Virus record (IMG/VR): IMGVR_UViG_3300017648_000016
Location: 1-24,387 of that record
Length of the DNA: 24,387 nucleotides
Source of the DNA: a virus
Lineage: Duplodnaviria > Caudoviricetes
Direction: 5' to 3' (one strand)
Each line of letters starts with the position of its first letter. Within the stretch, counting starts at the first letter, position 1. The translations under genes and the position numbers were made by a program. Shown piece after piece: positions 1-8,968 of the stretch. The notes under the pieces were generated by a model. That model did not search any database, had not been told where the DNA came from, and was given only the letters and a program-made list of their open reading frames with translations.

Positions 1-3000
1 AGGAAGACGCATCTCACCTTTCGGAACTTTTGTATAAGGATCTCCGAAGCGGAATCGCTCAGGCATCCAGTCTGGCATCGTGTTCATCAATGGGTTGAAG
101 TCTTCAACCATGTGGTTAAACGATGGAATGAAACGACGGAAGATCTCACCATATCCTCCACCAAGCCCACCGGTATTCATATCCCAGAATCCACGAACTG
201 GAGAATCAATTTTGCCTGCATCTTCTAACTTTGTTCTAGCTTCTCCCGGGAACATAGCGAAAGCACCGTAGCCGTAGATACCCATTAAGAATCGGCTGGC
301 ATAGGCCATCTCGCCAACAAAGTCATCTCCACCGCTTAAGCCTTTTAGTTCTGCTCGTGCTTCAGGATTTTCTAAAACCTGCGAGCCGAATGAAGCGGCT
401 GTGTTGTAGATAGACTCAGGTGTAGCAAATCCTTTTTCTCTCGGACGAGAACCGATCGCCTGAGCTCTGGCCACTATACCTTTGTTGACTTCTTCAATGC
501 TGTAAGTAGGGTCAGCTTTGTTGATAATCTGATTAGCGATTTTAGGCAAGAATTCTCCGCTAGCAGCACGAAGTCGAAGTTCGTCTCGGAAGGAAATGCC
601 GTCGGTTGTAACATAACCCCCACCGAATCCTCCGCCTCCAGATCCACTACCAGAACCTCCGCCTGATCCAGAACCAGATTCTCCGTCTCCATCCTCTCCG
701 CCCCCTTCAGGGTCATAGGCAATTCCTGCACGAATATTCCCTGCAGTTGCGGAAGATGCAGCATCTAAGTAAGAGCTGGCAGACATAACTCCACTGAACT
801 GCTGATAGCTACCCGTCGCTGCATCCGTCATTACGCCATCTTTTACGTTTAATGACAATACCCGCTGTGATGGAGTTGGAGCATTCAACGAAGTCCAGTC
901 TACCGGTTCAATCGATCCTTCTTTAAATCGGATCAAGTGGTTATCATTATTGCCTTTGGCTTTCTCGAATTGTTCTATATTACGAGCTTCGATTAGAGCT
1001 CGAACATCAACGAAGTTGGAGTTCAGACGGTCTGCGTGCATTTCTCTCTTTGGCTTAATTAGCTCACCAATTGTCGGGTTAAGAATCGCACCCCATGGCG
1101 TCTGCTCTGTAAACATCGGAGCAGTCATTGGATATGGACGATCCTCTGCGTGCTTCTCTTCTAACCAATATGGATTCATTAAATACCGTACTGGAGACAA
1201 TGGATCCGTTGGTGTTGGAAGCCAAGATCGAGACCACTTCTCCCAGACACTATCGTACAACGCTTTGTCTTTCCATTCGCTGGTTGCTCGTCTTAGGAAG
1301 TTTGGCTGATAGTAAGATACTTCAGATCCACGGAATTCCTGGATACCACCGAAGCTCCACCAACGACCTTTACGCATTTCTTGATATCCGTTCTGATACC
1401 AATCTTCACGCTCTTCACGACTATGATAATCATCGCCGGTCCAATAACTGTAGAACGGATTGATTTCCTTTTCCGTCTTCAGGTAATCAGTTAGGCCGGT
1501 AGCGTCAGTTATGCTACGCATCCCAAGATCCATGTTCGCGATACCTTGAGCAAACGCACCTTTAAGTGTCGTACCTCCGGTGAGCACCCCAGTCATATCA
1601 CTCATGTAATCGAAGTATGTCAGCCCAGCTACTAAAGGCAAGCCTCGTTTGAATACCATGGACTTTGTGAGATCCCCGATACTTCCAGAGGAACGTGTAG
1701 AGAAGCTAAGCCCAATTTTGCCTAATGCATCTGACAGACGAATTAGAGCAAAGTAAGGAACAAGTGTAGCTGACGTTACATCTTCTAGATTGTTACGGCC
1801 GGCATAGAATTGTTTGCCGAAAGCTTTTAATTTCTCTGTGTCGTTCAGATTCTTAATGGCCTCAAGAGGACTAATCATTTTCCTCATAGTCATCCATTCG
1901 TTCTGATTGTAGGCTGTTACGATGTCTGTTTGATCCTGGAATGTCGAATAGGAATTCTCGAAGACGTTTGATTTCTCTTTTGACATGTTCTCCAGATTCT
2001 CTCGAAACTGCTTGAAGAACGTCGCATTCATTTGCGTATTATCCTCCGGCTCCATGAATGCATTGAGCACGCGGTCAGCATCTTCTATTAAAGCTTCCGT
2101 ATCCTTTTTCCTTGTGAGTCGAGAGTGAACACCACCAGTTTGCTGGAACGCTGCCCAGTCTGCTAGCCTTCTTGTTTCACGTTTGGTTGCTCCGGTTAAG
2201 CCTGCAGCTTCAATGAGATCATTCACTGCATCAAAGTTGTACATCTCTTTGCTTGGAGCAGAATCAACTGCATGGCGCATGAATGCTTCTTTCCCGATCT
2301 CCATTCGTAAGGTATCGAAGAATCCTGCAGTCTCTGTGCCACCGAAGAAATTACCTCGATTGTTTTTAATCGAAATCATATCCCGGGTTCGCTTCGGTTG
2401 CTTATTGTATTTGAACAACAAGGATACCAAGTCTTGGTTGAGATGATGTGAAGCATCCCGAAGGCTACCGTTGTCTGAAACAAGTAGCTCACGAAGCATA
2501 TCTTCATCATTCATTGATAGCAGACGGAACATCTGTCTTGTTTCACCGCTGGACTGTGCCATAAGTTTATTAACAGCCTCAGAGTTAAGCTCATACGTAT
2601 TCTTGCTATAGAAGTGATTCAACTGTTTCACTTGGTTGATAATGTTATGAACATCCTGCGTTGCTTCTTCAGACAATTCATCTGCAGCACGATAAGCTGC
2701 TAAGTTCCGCTTGGTTGTATCTGCATTGTTAAGGAATTCATTAATAACATTTCGACTCCACTCTGGATCTTGAAACTTATTAATCTTCGAGCGGAAATCA
2801 TCTAGGAGCGTAGGCGTGCCTTCTTGTCCTACATCCAATGCTCGCAAGATTTTATTTTCCTGCACACGATAGTCTGAGTTGCCGGCCATTTGATTAATTA
2901 ATCTTGGCTGCGTTCCGTATCGAGAAATAAGATACGTATCATCTAAGGCTTTCTCGTGACGAAGGCCGTCTGTGGTAATCTCATAGGACCTGTTGTAGAT

Positions 3001-4239
3001 TCGTAGATAATCAGAGTCTGGAGTTAGTGCATTCTTGTTGACCTTGTTTGTCAGCCTTGCAAGAACAGGGTCGGCCAAGGATCCCGACGCAGGTGTGTAA
3101 TTAAAGGTTGGGCCTTTTGCCCTCTGAGTGAAGTCACGAAGCTTTAGGATTTTACCTGGCATTGTACCAGCAAGCCAATCAAGTGCTTTATCTGTAATGC
3201 CCGATGCTTCAGTCAGAGAATAGAAATTCCCTTCTCCATCTTTTCTCAGAACAGAGTCAACGAATAGACGGCCAAATTTATCTGCCGCTTCATCGCCTTT
3301 TCTCTGACGAATTCGCTCCATCATATCTCGATAGAATTCAGGAGCATCCTTGATAACATCTCTACCTTTTCCTTCTGCATCTATCACATGGTCAACAATC
3401 TTGTTGTCACGGAATTTGTCCGGATTGCCAAGGATATCATTTACCGTGATCTGATGATCACCAAGGACTTTGTTTAGGAAGTTCTGTTTAGACGTTGGTT
3501 TATCCAGGGATCCATAGACTCTCTCCATTTCTGTCGGATCGAGTGCGAAGCCAAGAGCGTCTTCATTCATCTTCTGATGATCCTGCATAAACTTGGAGTA
3601 GCCTTCTTTATCACCCATTCGTTTCTGAATGAACTCCAGCATTTCGTCAATCTGATTTCGGCTTAGGCTCTCATCAAGCTTTAAGTCTTGAATTGTTTTC
3701 TCTACCGCATTCGCATCATCTATTCCTCTGCCCGCATCGAAAGCAAATCGTTCAATCTGACGGCCAAGGGTCGGATTGTCTGGAGCAAACTTTCGAACGA
3801 ATTCTTGGGCTGTTGGGTATCTGACATGCTGTGTCTCAAATCTTTCTCGTGCAATCTTTTCCTGCTCACGGAGTAATCGTAAATAGTTCTCCTGAAGACC
3901 ACCGGTTAGATTTTGCGAGTGGTCTTTTCTCATGAGCATCGGCCCTTCTTTGGCATACTGCTTCGCTCTGTTCAGTGCGCTGTCCGGAGAACCGACTAGA
4001 GAATTATACATCTGCTTAACATCTGTAGTTGTCAGCTGTTTTAAATTTCTAGAACCTATTTCGTTTTGTGCATCACGCAAAACTCTCTCAGAAATCCGTG
4101 CTCCTTCGGATAAAAACTTACGTCCGCCGCCTCTATAAAATAAGGCTGCGCCGACCCCGACAGTCAGTGCAGCCTTACCAAGCGACGCCATATGGTCGAG
4201 AGAGCTTTGCTGAGCATTATCTCTTAATTCATCCGCCAT
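1..4239 (-). CDS. Giant tape-measure-like tail protein (3' partial, >1413 aa)
   Basis: I read this frame by hand and found no stop from the ATG at 4239 (RBS AGGTGA just upstream) to position 1. It begins MADELRDNAQQSSLDHMASLGKAALTVGVGAALFYRGGG and reaches ...WMPERFRFGDPYTKVPKGEMRLP at the window edge. It lies directly after the tail chaperone genes, the usual tape measure position. It is absent from the ORF track because its stop is outside the window. Confidence 0.8.
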   Translation of the reverse strand, partial: MADELRDNAQQSSLDHMASLGKAALTVGVGAALFYRGGGRKFLSEGARISERVLRDAQNEIGSRNLKQLTTTDVKQMYNSLVGSPDSALNRAKQYAKEGPMLMRKDHSQNLTGGLQENYLRLLREQEKIARERFETQHVRYPTAQEFVRKFAPDNPTLGRQIERFAFDAGRGIDDANAVEKTIQDLKLDESLSRNQIDEMLEFIQKRMGDKEGYSKFMQDHQKMNEDALGFALDPTEMERVYGSLDKPTSKQNFLNKVLGDHQITVNDILGNPDKFRDNKIVDHVIDAEGKGRDVIKDAPEFYRDMMERIRQRKGDEAADKFGRLFVDSVLRKDGEGNFYSLTEASGITDKALDWLAGTMPGKILKLRDFTQRAKGPTFNYTPASGSLADPVLARLTNKVNKNALTPDSDYLRIYNRSYEITTDGLRHEKALDDTYLISRYGTQPRLINQMAGNSDYRVQENKILRALDVGQEGTPTLLDDFRSKINKFQDPEWSRNVINEFLNNADTTKRNLAAYRAADELSEEATQDVHNIINQVKQLNHFYSKNTYELNSEAVNKLMAQSSGETRQMFRLLSMNDEDMLRELLVSDNGSLRDASHHLNQDLVSLLFKYNKQPKRTRDMISIKNNRGNFFGGTETAGFFDTLRMEIGKEAFMRHAVDSAPSKEMYNFDAVNDLIEAAGLTGATKRETRRLADWAAFQQTGGVHSRLTRKKDTEALIEDADRVLNAFMEPEDNTQMNATFFKQFRENLENMSKEKSNVFENSYSTFQDQTDIVTAYNQNEWMTMRKMISPLEAIKNLNDTEKLKAFGKQFYAGRNNLEDVTSATLVPYFALIRLSDALGKIGLSFSTRSSGSIGDLTKSMVFKRGLPLVAGLTYFDYMSDMTGVLTGGTTLKGAFAQGIANMDLGMRSITDATGLTDYLKTEKEINPFYSYWTGDDYHSREEREDWYQNGYQEMRKGRWWSFGGIQEFRGSEVSYYQPNFLRRATSEWKDKALYDSVWEKWSRSWLPTPTDPLSPVRYLMNPYWLEEKHAEDRPYPMTAPMFTEQTPWGAILNPTIGELIKPKREMHADRLNSNFVDVRALIEARNIEQFEKAKGNNDNHLIRFKEGSIEPVDWTSLNAPTPSQRVLSLNVKDGVMTDAATGSYQQFSGVMSASSYLDAASSATAGNIRAGIAYDPEGGGEDGDGESGSGSGGGSGSGSGGGGFGGGYVTTDGISFRDELRLRAASGEFLPKIANQIINKADPTYSIEEVNKGIVARAQAIGSRPREKGFATPESIYNTAASFGSQVLENPEARAELKGLSGGDDFVGEMAYASRFLMGIYGYGAFAMFPGEARTKLEDAGKIDSPVRGFWDMNTGGLGGGYGEIFRRFIPSFNHMVEDFNPLMNTMPDWMPERFRFGDPYTKVPKGEMRLP

Positions 4240-4256
4240 TCGCGTCACCTACTTTT

Positions 4257-5081
4257 TTAGAATCCTGGTCTTAAAGCAGGAGATGTTACATCCACAGAAT
4301 CAGCCATACCTTCCATGCCCTCATTCATAATTGTGTCGCCTTCCCAGTTAATCTCTGGGAACTTAGCTTTTAACTCTCTTAATTTCTCAGGAGTTAACTT
4401 CTCTTTGGCGCCACCACGCATGTTGGTTTGCTTCGGCTGTTCTTGCTGCGGAACTCCAATCTCCTCTGTTTGAACCTCATTTGTTTGCTGGTTGCCTTGC
4501 GCTTCATAATAAGACTCTTGAGCATTCGTATCATAGAACTGCAATCCTCGTAAGTTATGAAGCTTCCATTCTGCTCTCGACAAGTATTTGGTTGTTTTCT
4601 CAATTCCCCAGCTTTCAATTTCTTCGATGTCGAACTGAGGAAATGCTTCATTGATAATGCATGTGATCTGATTATCCAAGTCAAACATTTCTTGTCGATA
4701 GTAGTCTAATATATTCTTCCTAGAATCGATGGTATCAAGGAAGGAGTTTTTCAAAATAGCCCTGGCTAATACAGTCGGAACTCCTGCATCACATTCTTCG
4801 AAATCAAAATTCTCTGGCCAAAGTGTGCATACCTGACAGATCAACTCTTCTTTGGCCATGTCGTCAAACCGATCATCTGTTAAGATCTTTTTGTATTCGG
4901 ATCTACCTAATGAACGATAGAAAAAGATTTGATTATCCATTTGATGCATAAAGACGTTACGGTGCTCATCCTGCAATGAGATGAACAATTCCGTAGCGTC
5001 TTGTACACTGAGGTCTTGATGTGAAGAGTCAGGAGTTACCTCTGGTTGATGTTGCTCTTCCGAGGTATTGCGAATCTTCAT
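4257..5081 (-). CDS. Tail assembly chaperone-like protein 2 (long form, GT-like)
   Basis: 274 aa with RBS GAGGTG. It lies immediately before the tape measure gene. Its N-terminal half aligns by eye with 5096..5515 (FFYRSLGRSEYKKI vs FIWRKLKRKEYVEI; TLWP vs VLFP; DAGVPTVLARAILKNSFL vs NAGLATSISDEVIAKSGF). Confidence 0.65.
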   Translation of the reverse strand: MKIRNTSEEQHQPEVTPDSSHQDLSVQDATELFISLQDEHRNVFMHQMDNQIFFYRSLGRSEYKKILTDDRFDDMAKEELICQVCTLWPENFDFEECDAGVPTVLARAILKNSFLDTIDSRKNILDYYRQEMFDLDNQITCIINEAFPQFDIEEIESWGIEKTTKYLSRAEWKLHNLRGLQFYDTNAQESYYEAQGNQQTNEVQTEEIGVPQQEQPKQTNMRGGAKEKLTPEKLRELKAKFPEINWEGDTIMNEGMEGMADSVDVTSPALRPGF

Positions 5082-5095
5082 ATAATCACCTCATC

Positions 5096-5515
5096 TTATA
5101 GTTCTTCAGTAGCCGATACATCGAATCCTGATTTAGCAATAACTTCATCAGAGATAGAAGTTGCTAAGCCTGCATTTTCCTCGATACGACTTTCGATATC
5201 AGTAGGGAATAAAACAACAAGCTTTGTGATTCGTTCCTGGCGCTTGTAGATACGGCTGCCTAGAACTTCTTCTTCCGCTTCTTCTACTTCTGCGTTAGAC
5301 ATAATCTCAACATATTCTTTACGCTTTAATTTTCTCCAGATGAATGCTTCGCCGCCAACAGTTGTTTTGAAGATCTTGCCCCATTGCTTTTTCCATTGTT
5401 GGATCTGCTTATCATCAAGAGTTACATTCTCCGCTTTATTTGTAGCTTTAGGTGCAGCGGCTTTTGTTGAAGTTTCCTTCACCTCTGCAGCTTTGTTTTC
5501 AACTGGTTCTTTCAT
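5096..5515 (-). CDS. Tail assembly chaperone (G-like)
   Basis: 139 aa with RBS GGAGGT. The QIQQWKKQWGKIF...FIWRKLKRKEY pattern is typical of myophage tail chaperones. It lies between the tube genes and the tape measure gene. Confidence 0.7.
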   Translation of the reverse strand: MKEPVENKAAEVKETSTKAAAPKATNKAENVTLDDKQIQQWKKQWGKIFKTTVGGEAFIWRKLKRKEYVEIMSNAEVEEAEEEVLGSRIYKRQERITKLVVLFPTDIESRIEENAGLATSISDEVIAKSGFDVSATEEL

Positions 5516-5603
5516 ATCTATTTACCTCCCAATTTGTCTTCGATAATGTATTACTGTAATGGCTAAGCCATATTCACTTTTGACTGTTACGAATTGTAAT
5601 GTT
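5516..5603 (-). promoter_or_regulatory. AT-rich intergenic region with dyad motifs, possible internal promoter/operator
   Basis: An 88-bp gap in an otherwise tightly packed operon. It contains the dyads ATTACTGTAAT (5550-5560), ATGGCTAAGCCAT (5559-5571) and TTAC-N5-GTAA (5587-5599). I found no clean sigma-A -35/-10 pair. Confidence 0.3.
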
Positions 5604-6215
5604 TTATTCGACTGTGCGAATATCCCTCGCAATGAATGAATAAGTCTCTGCAATAGGATTGCCGGTTGTGTCGACTTGCAGTGAGCAGCTGCCAATCATG
5701 ACTCCCTCTAGCACAACATGCTTAGAGCCTCCCATACTGTTCTCCTCCCCAAACATCACATCGATATCAAAGGTTGTATTCCATAGTGGAGAACTACTTG
5801 GCTTCACTTGCTCAGCAGGCGTTTCCACTTCATCCGCTGTTCCTTCGGCCGGAGCATTTACATCCTGCTGATTTGTTGCAGCAACCACATCTTGTTTAAT
5901 CATGTCGAGCAGATTAAATAGATATCCTGGTGTTGTAAAGTTGATGGAGAACTGCCCCTGAACTATTCGATTACCAACTGCAATCTCGTCATAAACGAAC
6001 GAGTTATAACCAAATAGCGGGAGATTGTTTTGAGCGACTGTGTATTGAATCGCAATGATCTCATCAACATAGTAGTCAGAGAAATAGATCTCCGCATCCA
6101 GGGAGGAGAAGTAACGCTTAGGCTGATCAATATTGAATGTGCCCGCGTCTGCTTTTGTCCCCTTCGTTCCATATTGATAGTTAACATAGGCAGGACGGTT
6201 TCCGATTCCGTACAT
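5604..6215 (-). CDS. Tail tube-like protein, paralog 3 (possible tube initiator / baseplate-proximal ring)
   Basis: 203 aa. YFSSLDAEIYF...IQYTV...PLFGYNS...GNRIVQGQFSINF...FDIDVMF...TYSFIARDI is colinear with the motifs of 8969..9598. Confidence 0.7.
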   Translation of the reverse strand: MYGIGNRPAYVNYQYGTKGTKADAGTFNIDQPKRYFSSLDAEIYFSDYYVDEIIAIQYTVAQNNLPLFGYNSFVYDEIAVGNRIVQGQFSINFTTPGYLFNLLDMIKQDVVAATNQQDVNAPAEGTADEVETPAEQVKPSSSPLWNTTFDIDVMFGEENSMGGSKHVVLEGVMIGSCSLQVDTTGNPIAETYSFIARDIRTVE

Positions 6216-8135
6216 TTACTTCACCTCAATTCCTAGTTTCCAGCTGGAGAGTATTGTGTCGATCTTGAATGTATTAAGGAACAAGAATCCTGAACGTGAG
6301 TAATTGCTCTTATCAATCGCGCTCACAATGAAGTAATCCGCATTCTCCAACTTAACCATTCCTGTATCCTTGATGTTGTAATAGCTTGTGGCCATCTGCT
6401 GATCCCCAACAGAAAAACTGTCCACTTGAATGATGTATTCAAAGAATCGCTCTGGGAACGTAAGGACGCCGGCCTTTCGGTCAAGCACAGCATTGCCTCC
6501 GAAGAATCGTTCATTCACAGTAAAGCTAGAATACTTATCTTGTAGAATGAGATTGGCAATCGAGTTGAACATTCTCGTATCCTTGCTCAAGCTGAGCTTA
6601 GCTATTAAAGCTTTATAGAGATTGTTTGGAGAAATGTCTGCTACTGTAGAGAGCTGATCGATTTCTTCTCTTAATAGCTTTGGTGCGTTATCAAACTGCT
6701 GTGACACAAAACCAACCAGTCGCTCTTGATAAGCACGAATGCTAGCTAACCTACTCGACACGCCATAGTTGTACATCTCTTCATAATTGCTTGAAATAAG
6801 TCGCATCGAAGTGAGAGGGTTATGTTCTTCATCTTCAACCCAGATAAAATATGACTTCTCTGGATACAAGCCATCTTTGATTTGATTCAAACTCATTGTG
6901 GAATCCGTAATCAAGAATCGCTTTGAATAGTTTGGATAGAACACAAACCCATCTTCTTTAACGGATAGGTATAACGGCTTGTCGAGCCTTCTGAGCATCT
7001 CATATTCTTGGATGTAGATTTCGATATCACTCTCTACAAAACTAGCTTCAGGAGCGCTCACGATTTCATAGAACGGTTTTCTATAGGACTCTACTGAAAG
7101 ACGTTCCTTGTCTTCCTCCGTTAGGTCGGTCTGATTGTTGAATAGTAAGAATCGTCTCTCAGACACTTCTTCTGTCTTGTCGATCGCCTCTTTGATAGAG
7201 TTCCACATTGATGCTTTGATAGCACTGTCTGGGCAGAAGACATCAAAGCAGCTGACTAAGTTATTGCCTGCATATAATTCCAATCGATGAGGATGATCAA
7301 TGCGAAGCGATACCATGTGAGCTTTGTTGCTATCCGTACTGATACTGTGAGTAAACAAATACTTATCGTTATCTGCTTCATACACCAGAACCCGTGTCAC
7401 TTCCGGACCTACCTGAACGAACTCTTGCGGAGCGGTTGTTAGTTTCGTGAAGGAAATAGCATGCTCATTGTTTAGCTGCTTTCGCTCATTAAGGATTCTT
7501 TCCGCATGAAACAAGAAGTCATATGAAGCTATTAATAACTCTTTATCTTCCTTCGGCACTTCTAGGTACACACGTTGAGCTGCTGCATATACACTGCAGG
7601 ATTCGTCTTCTTCCAAGTGCCCTTGTATACCGGATAAGATTAAGTCATGCTTCTCTCCGTATTGAGCGATGTTGTGTTTGACTTGAGCCAATAGCTCTTC
7701 TCGTGTTTCATCTATGATAGAGAACTGAACTACTGCAGATGTCTCTGCTTCATTCCGTGTGTAGAAGATGTATTTACCGGGATCGATTTTTAATCGCGTT
7801 CTCGGGCCTTCCAGTTCTATCTCTTGTTTAGAAGAAGGATCTTCTGATTTTTGATAACACAAGATAGTGTGGCCGTCCTTAAACGTATTGCAATACAGCT
7901 CCACATCTTGACCGTCCATAGAAACAATAGATATCGAATAGGGATTGGCCTCGGCCTTTGATACGACCTTTTGCATGTATCCTTGTTTATAAATAATGCT
8001 TGGATCCATCTCGTCCCGAATCACATATCGATAGTCATCTTCTTGTATATCAATGTTTAGTGAGCCCTCTTCGATTGCACCTCGTCTCAGAACGACCCCG
8101 TCTTTATTAAAGATTTCAAATATCATTCCTGGCAT
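6216..8135 (-). CDS. Large hypothetical virion protein (~639 aa) with beta-rich, FN3/Ig-like segments
   Basis: Long ORF. The ATG at 8135 has the better RBS (GGGAGTG) than the track start at 8150. The segment ISIVSMDGQDVEL...LKIDPGKYIFYTRN...SAVVQFSI resembles a degenerate FN3 domain. Function unknown. Confidence 0.6.
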   Translation of the reverse strand: MPGMIFEIFNKDGVVLRRGAIEEGSLNIDIQEDDYRYVIRDEMDPSIIYKQGYMQKVVSKAEANPYSISIVSMDGQDVELYCNTFKDGHTILCYQKSEDPSSKQEIELEGPRTRLKIDPGKYIFYTRNEAETSAVVQFSIIDETREELLAQVKHNIAQYGEKHDLILSGIQGHLEEDESCSVYAAAQRVYLEVPKEDKELLIASYDFLFHAERILNERKQLNNEHAISFTKLTTAPQEFVQVGPEVTRVLVYEADNDKYLFTHSISTDSNKAHMVSLRIDHPHRLELYAGNNLVSCFDVFCPDSAIKASMWNSIKEAIDKTEEVSERRFLLFNNQTDLTEEDKERLSVESYRKPFYEIVSAPEASFVESDIEIYIQEYEMLRRLDKPLYLSVKEDGFVFYPNYSKRFLITDSTMSLNQIKDGLYPEKSYFIWVEDEEHNPLTSMRLISSNYEEMYNYGVSSRLASIRAYQERLVGFVSQQFDNAPKLLREEIDQLSTVADISPNNLYKALIAKLSLSKDTRMFNSIANLILQDKYSSFTVNERFFGGNAVLDRKAGVLTFPERFFEYIIQVDSFSVGDQQMATSYYNIKDTGMVKLENADYFIVSAIDKSNYSRSGFLFLNTFKIDTILSSWKLGIEVK

Positions 8136-8163
8136 TGTTATCACTCCCATCTATTTGAATGAT

Positions 8164-8871
8164 TTAGGAAGTAAGTCTTGCTGAATTGTCTGTAGCTGAA
8201 GACCCTCCCACATTAACTGTCATACTGTTGTTGCCTGATTGCACACTAACTTGCGGACCTTGCTCTGCAGTTCCTTCAGAAGGAATTGGGTTCGATGCAG
8301 GAGAAGCTGTACGAACACCAGACATAACTTGGTCAGCATAAGTTCTTGCTAAGCCTTCGCTGCTAGATCCTGTGCCGTCGTTTAGATATTCAATATCCGT
8401 TGCAACGAACTGATACGTATTCTCTGTATAGATATCATTAACAGACATTGTCTGTCCTTCATTAATAATCCGAACACCGTAGAGTGCAAGTCTTGCTGTT
8501 TCGCCATATTCATTGGCAAAGCTTACTGTGATATTAAATGGAGGCATCTCATCCATTAGGAAATGATACTTCTCTAATCCGGAAGTTTTAGATGCTGTTT
8601 CCATTAGCTCGTAAGCGAAGTGTTTATTAAATACAGCAAATATAAGTGAGCCTGCAATTGTACGAGGCCCAAACACATAATCTTTCGCATTCGCATTGCC
8701 AACAGAACGGACAGGAAACTTATCCATATGAATCGAATAGGTCAGCGTTTGTAATGAACCTATTACACGATTAAACTTTGTTCCATCTGGAAATACTGAA
8801 TCTATTGAGACAACCATGTCACATCCAGAGAAGCTGATGTTTTGACCGGTGTATTTACTTGCCATGCTCAT
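8164..8871 (-). CDS. Tail tube-like protein, paralog 2, with low-complexity C-terminal extension
   Basis: Shares FSGCD, IGSLQxxTYS, GxRxIAG, DExPPF and SFANEYG motifs with 8969..9598. The ATG at 8871 is better spaced from the GGAG RBS than the GTG at 8880. Confidence 0.75.
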   Translation of the reverse strand: MSMASKYTGQNISFSGCDMVVSIDSVFPDGTKFNRVIGSLQTLTYSIHMDKFPVRSVGNANAKDYVFGPRTIAGSLIFAVFNKHFAYELMETASKTSGLEKYHFLMDEMPPFNITVSFANEYGETARLALYGVRIINEGQTMSVNDIYTENTYQFVATDIEYLNDGTGSSSEGLARTYADQVMSGVRTASPASNPIPSEGTAEQGPQVSVQSGNNSMTVNVGGSSATDNSARLTS

Positions 8872-8895
8872 ATTTATCACGCTCCGTTCATGACC

Positions 8896-8940
8896 TAATA
8901 AAAAAAGGAGAAAGGCTCTGAACCCTTCTCCTTTTTATTA
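8896..8940 (-). terminator. Rho-independent terminator after the major tail tube gene (potentially bidirectional)
   Basis: Minus strand reads TAATAAAAAGGAGAAGGG-TTCAGAG-CCTTTCTCCTTTTTTTATTA. This is a long stem followed by a U-tract, with A/T tracts on both sides. Confidence 0.85.
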
Positions 8941-8968
8941 CCTGACGTACAAGCTATATCAACGAATC

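Noticed and set aside
4252-4259. AAAAAAG slippery-like heptamer between chaperone 2 and the tape measure gene
   Set aside because: It overlaps and follows the TAA stop, so ribosomes would terminate before reaching it in a slippage-competent frame. The next gene has its own RBS.
80-4274. Short ORFs listed on both strands in 80..4274
   Set aside because: They overlap the continuous minus-strand ORF at 1..4239 and are best explained as shadow frames.
8100-8260. Second split domain or broken fusion between tube paralog 2 and the ~639-aa gene
   Set aside because: Both ends look beta-rich, but I found no internal template to align them to, unlike the 15411 junction. The downstream gene has a good RBS.
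8896-8916. Terminator arm complementary to the AAAAAGGAG RBS of the tube and 167-aa genes (long-range pairing)
   Set aside because: The local hairpin would outcompete it, and purine-rich terminator arms commonly resemble RBSs by composition.
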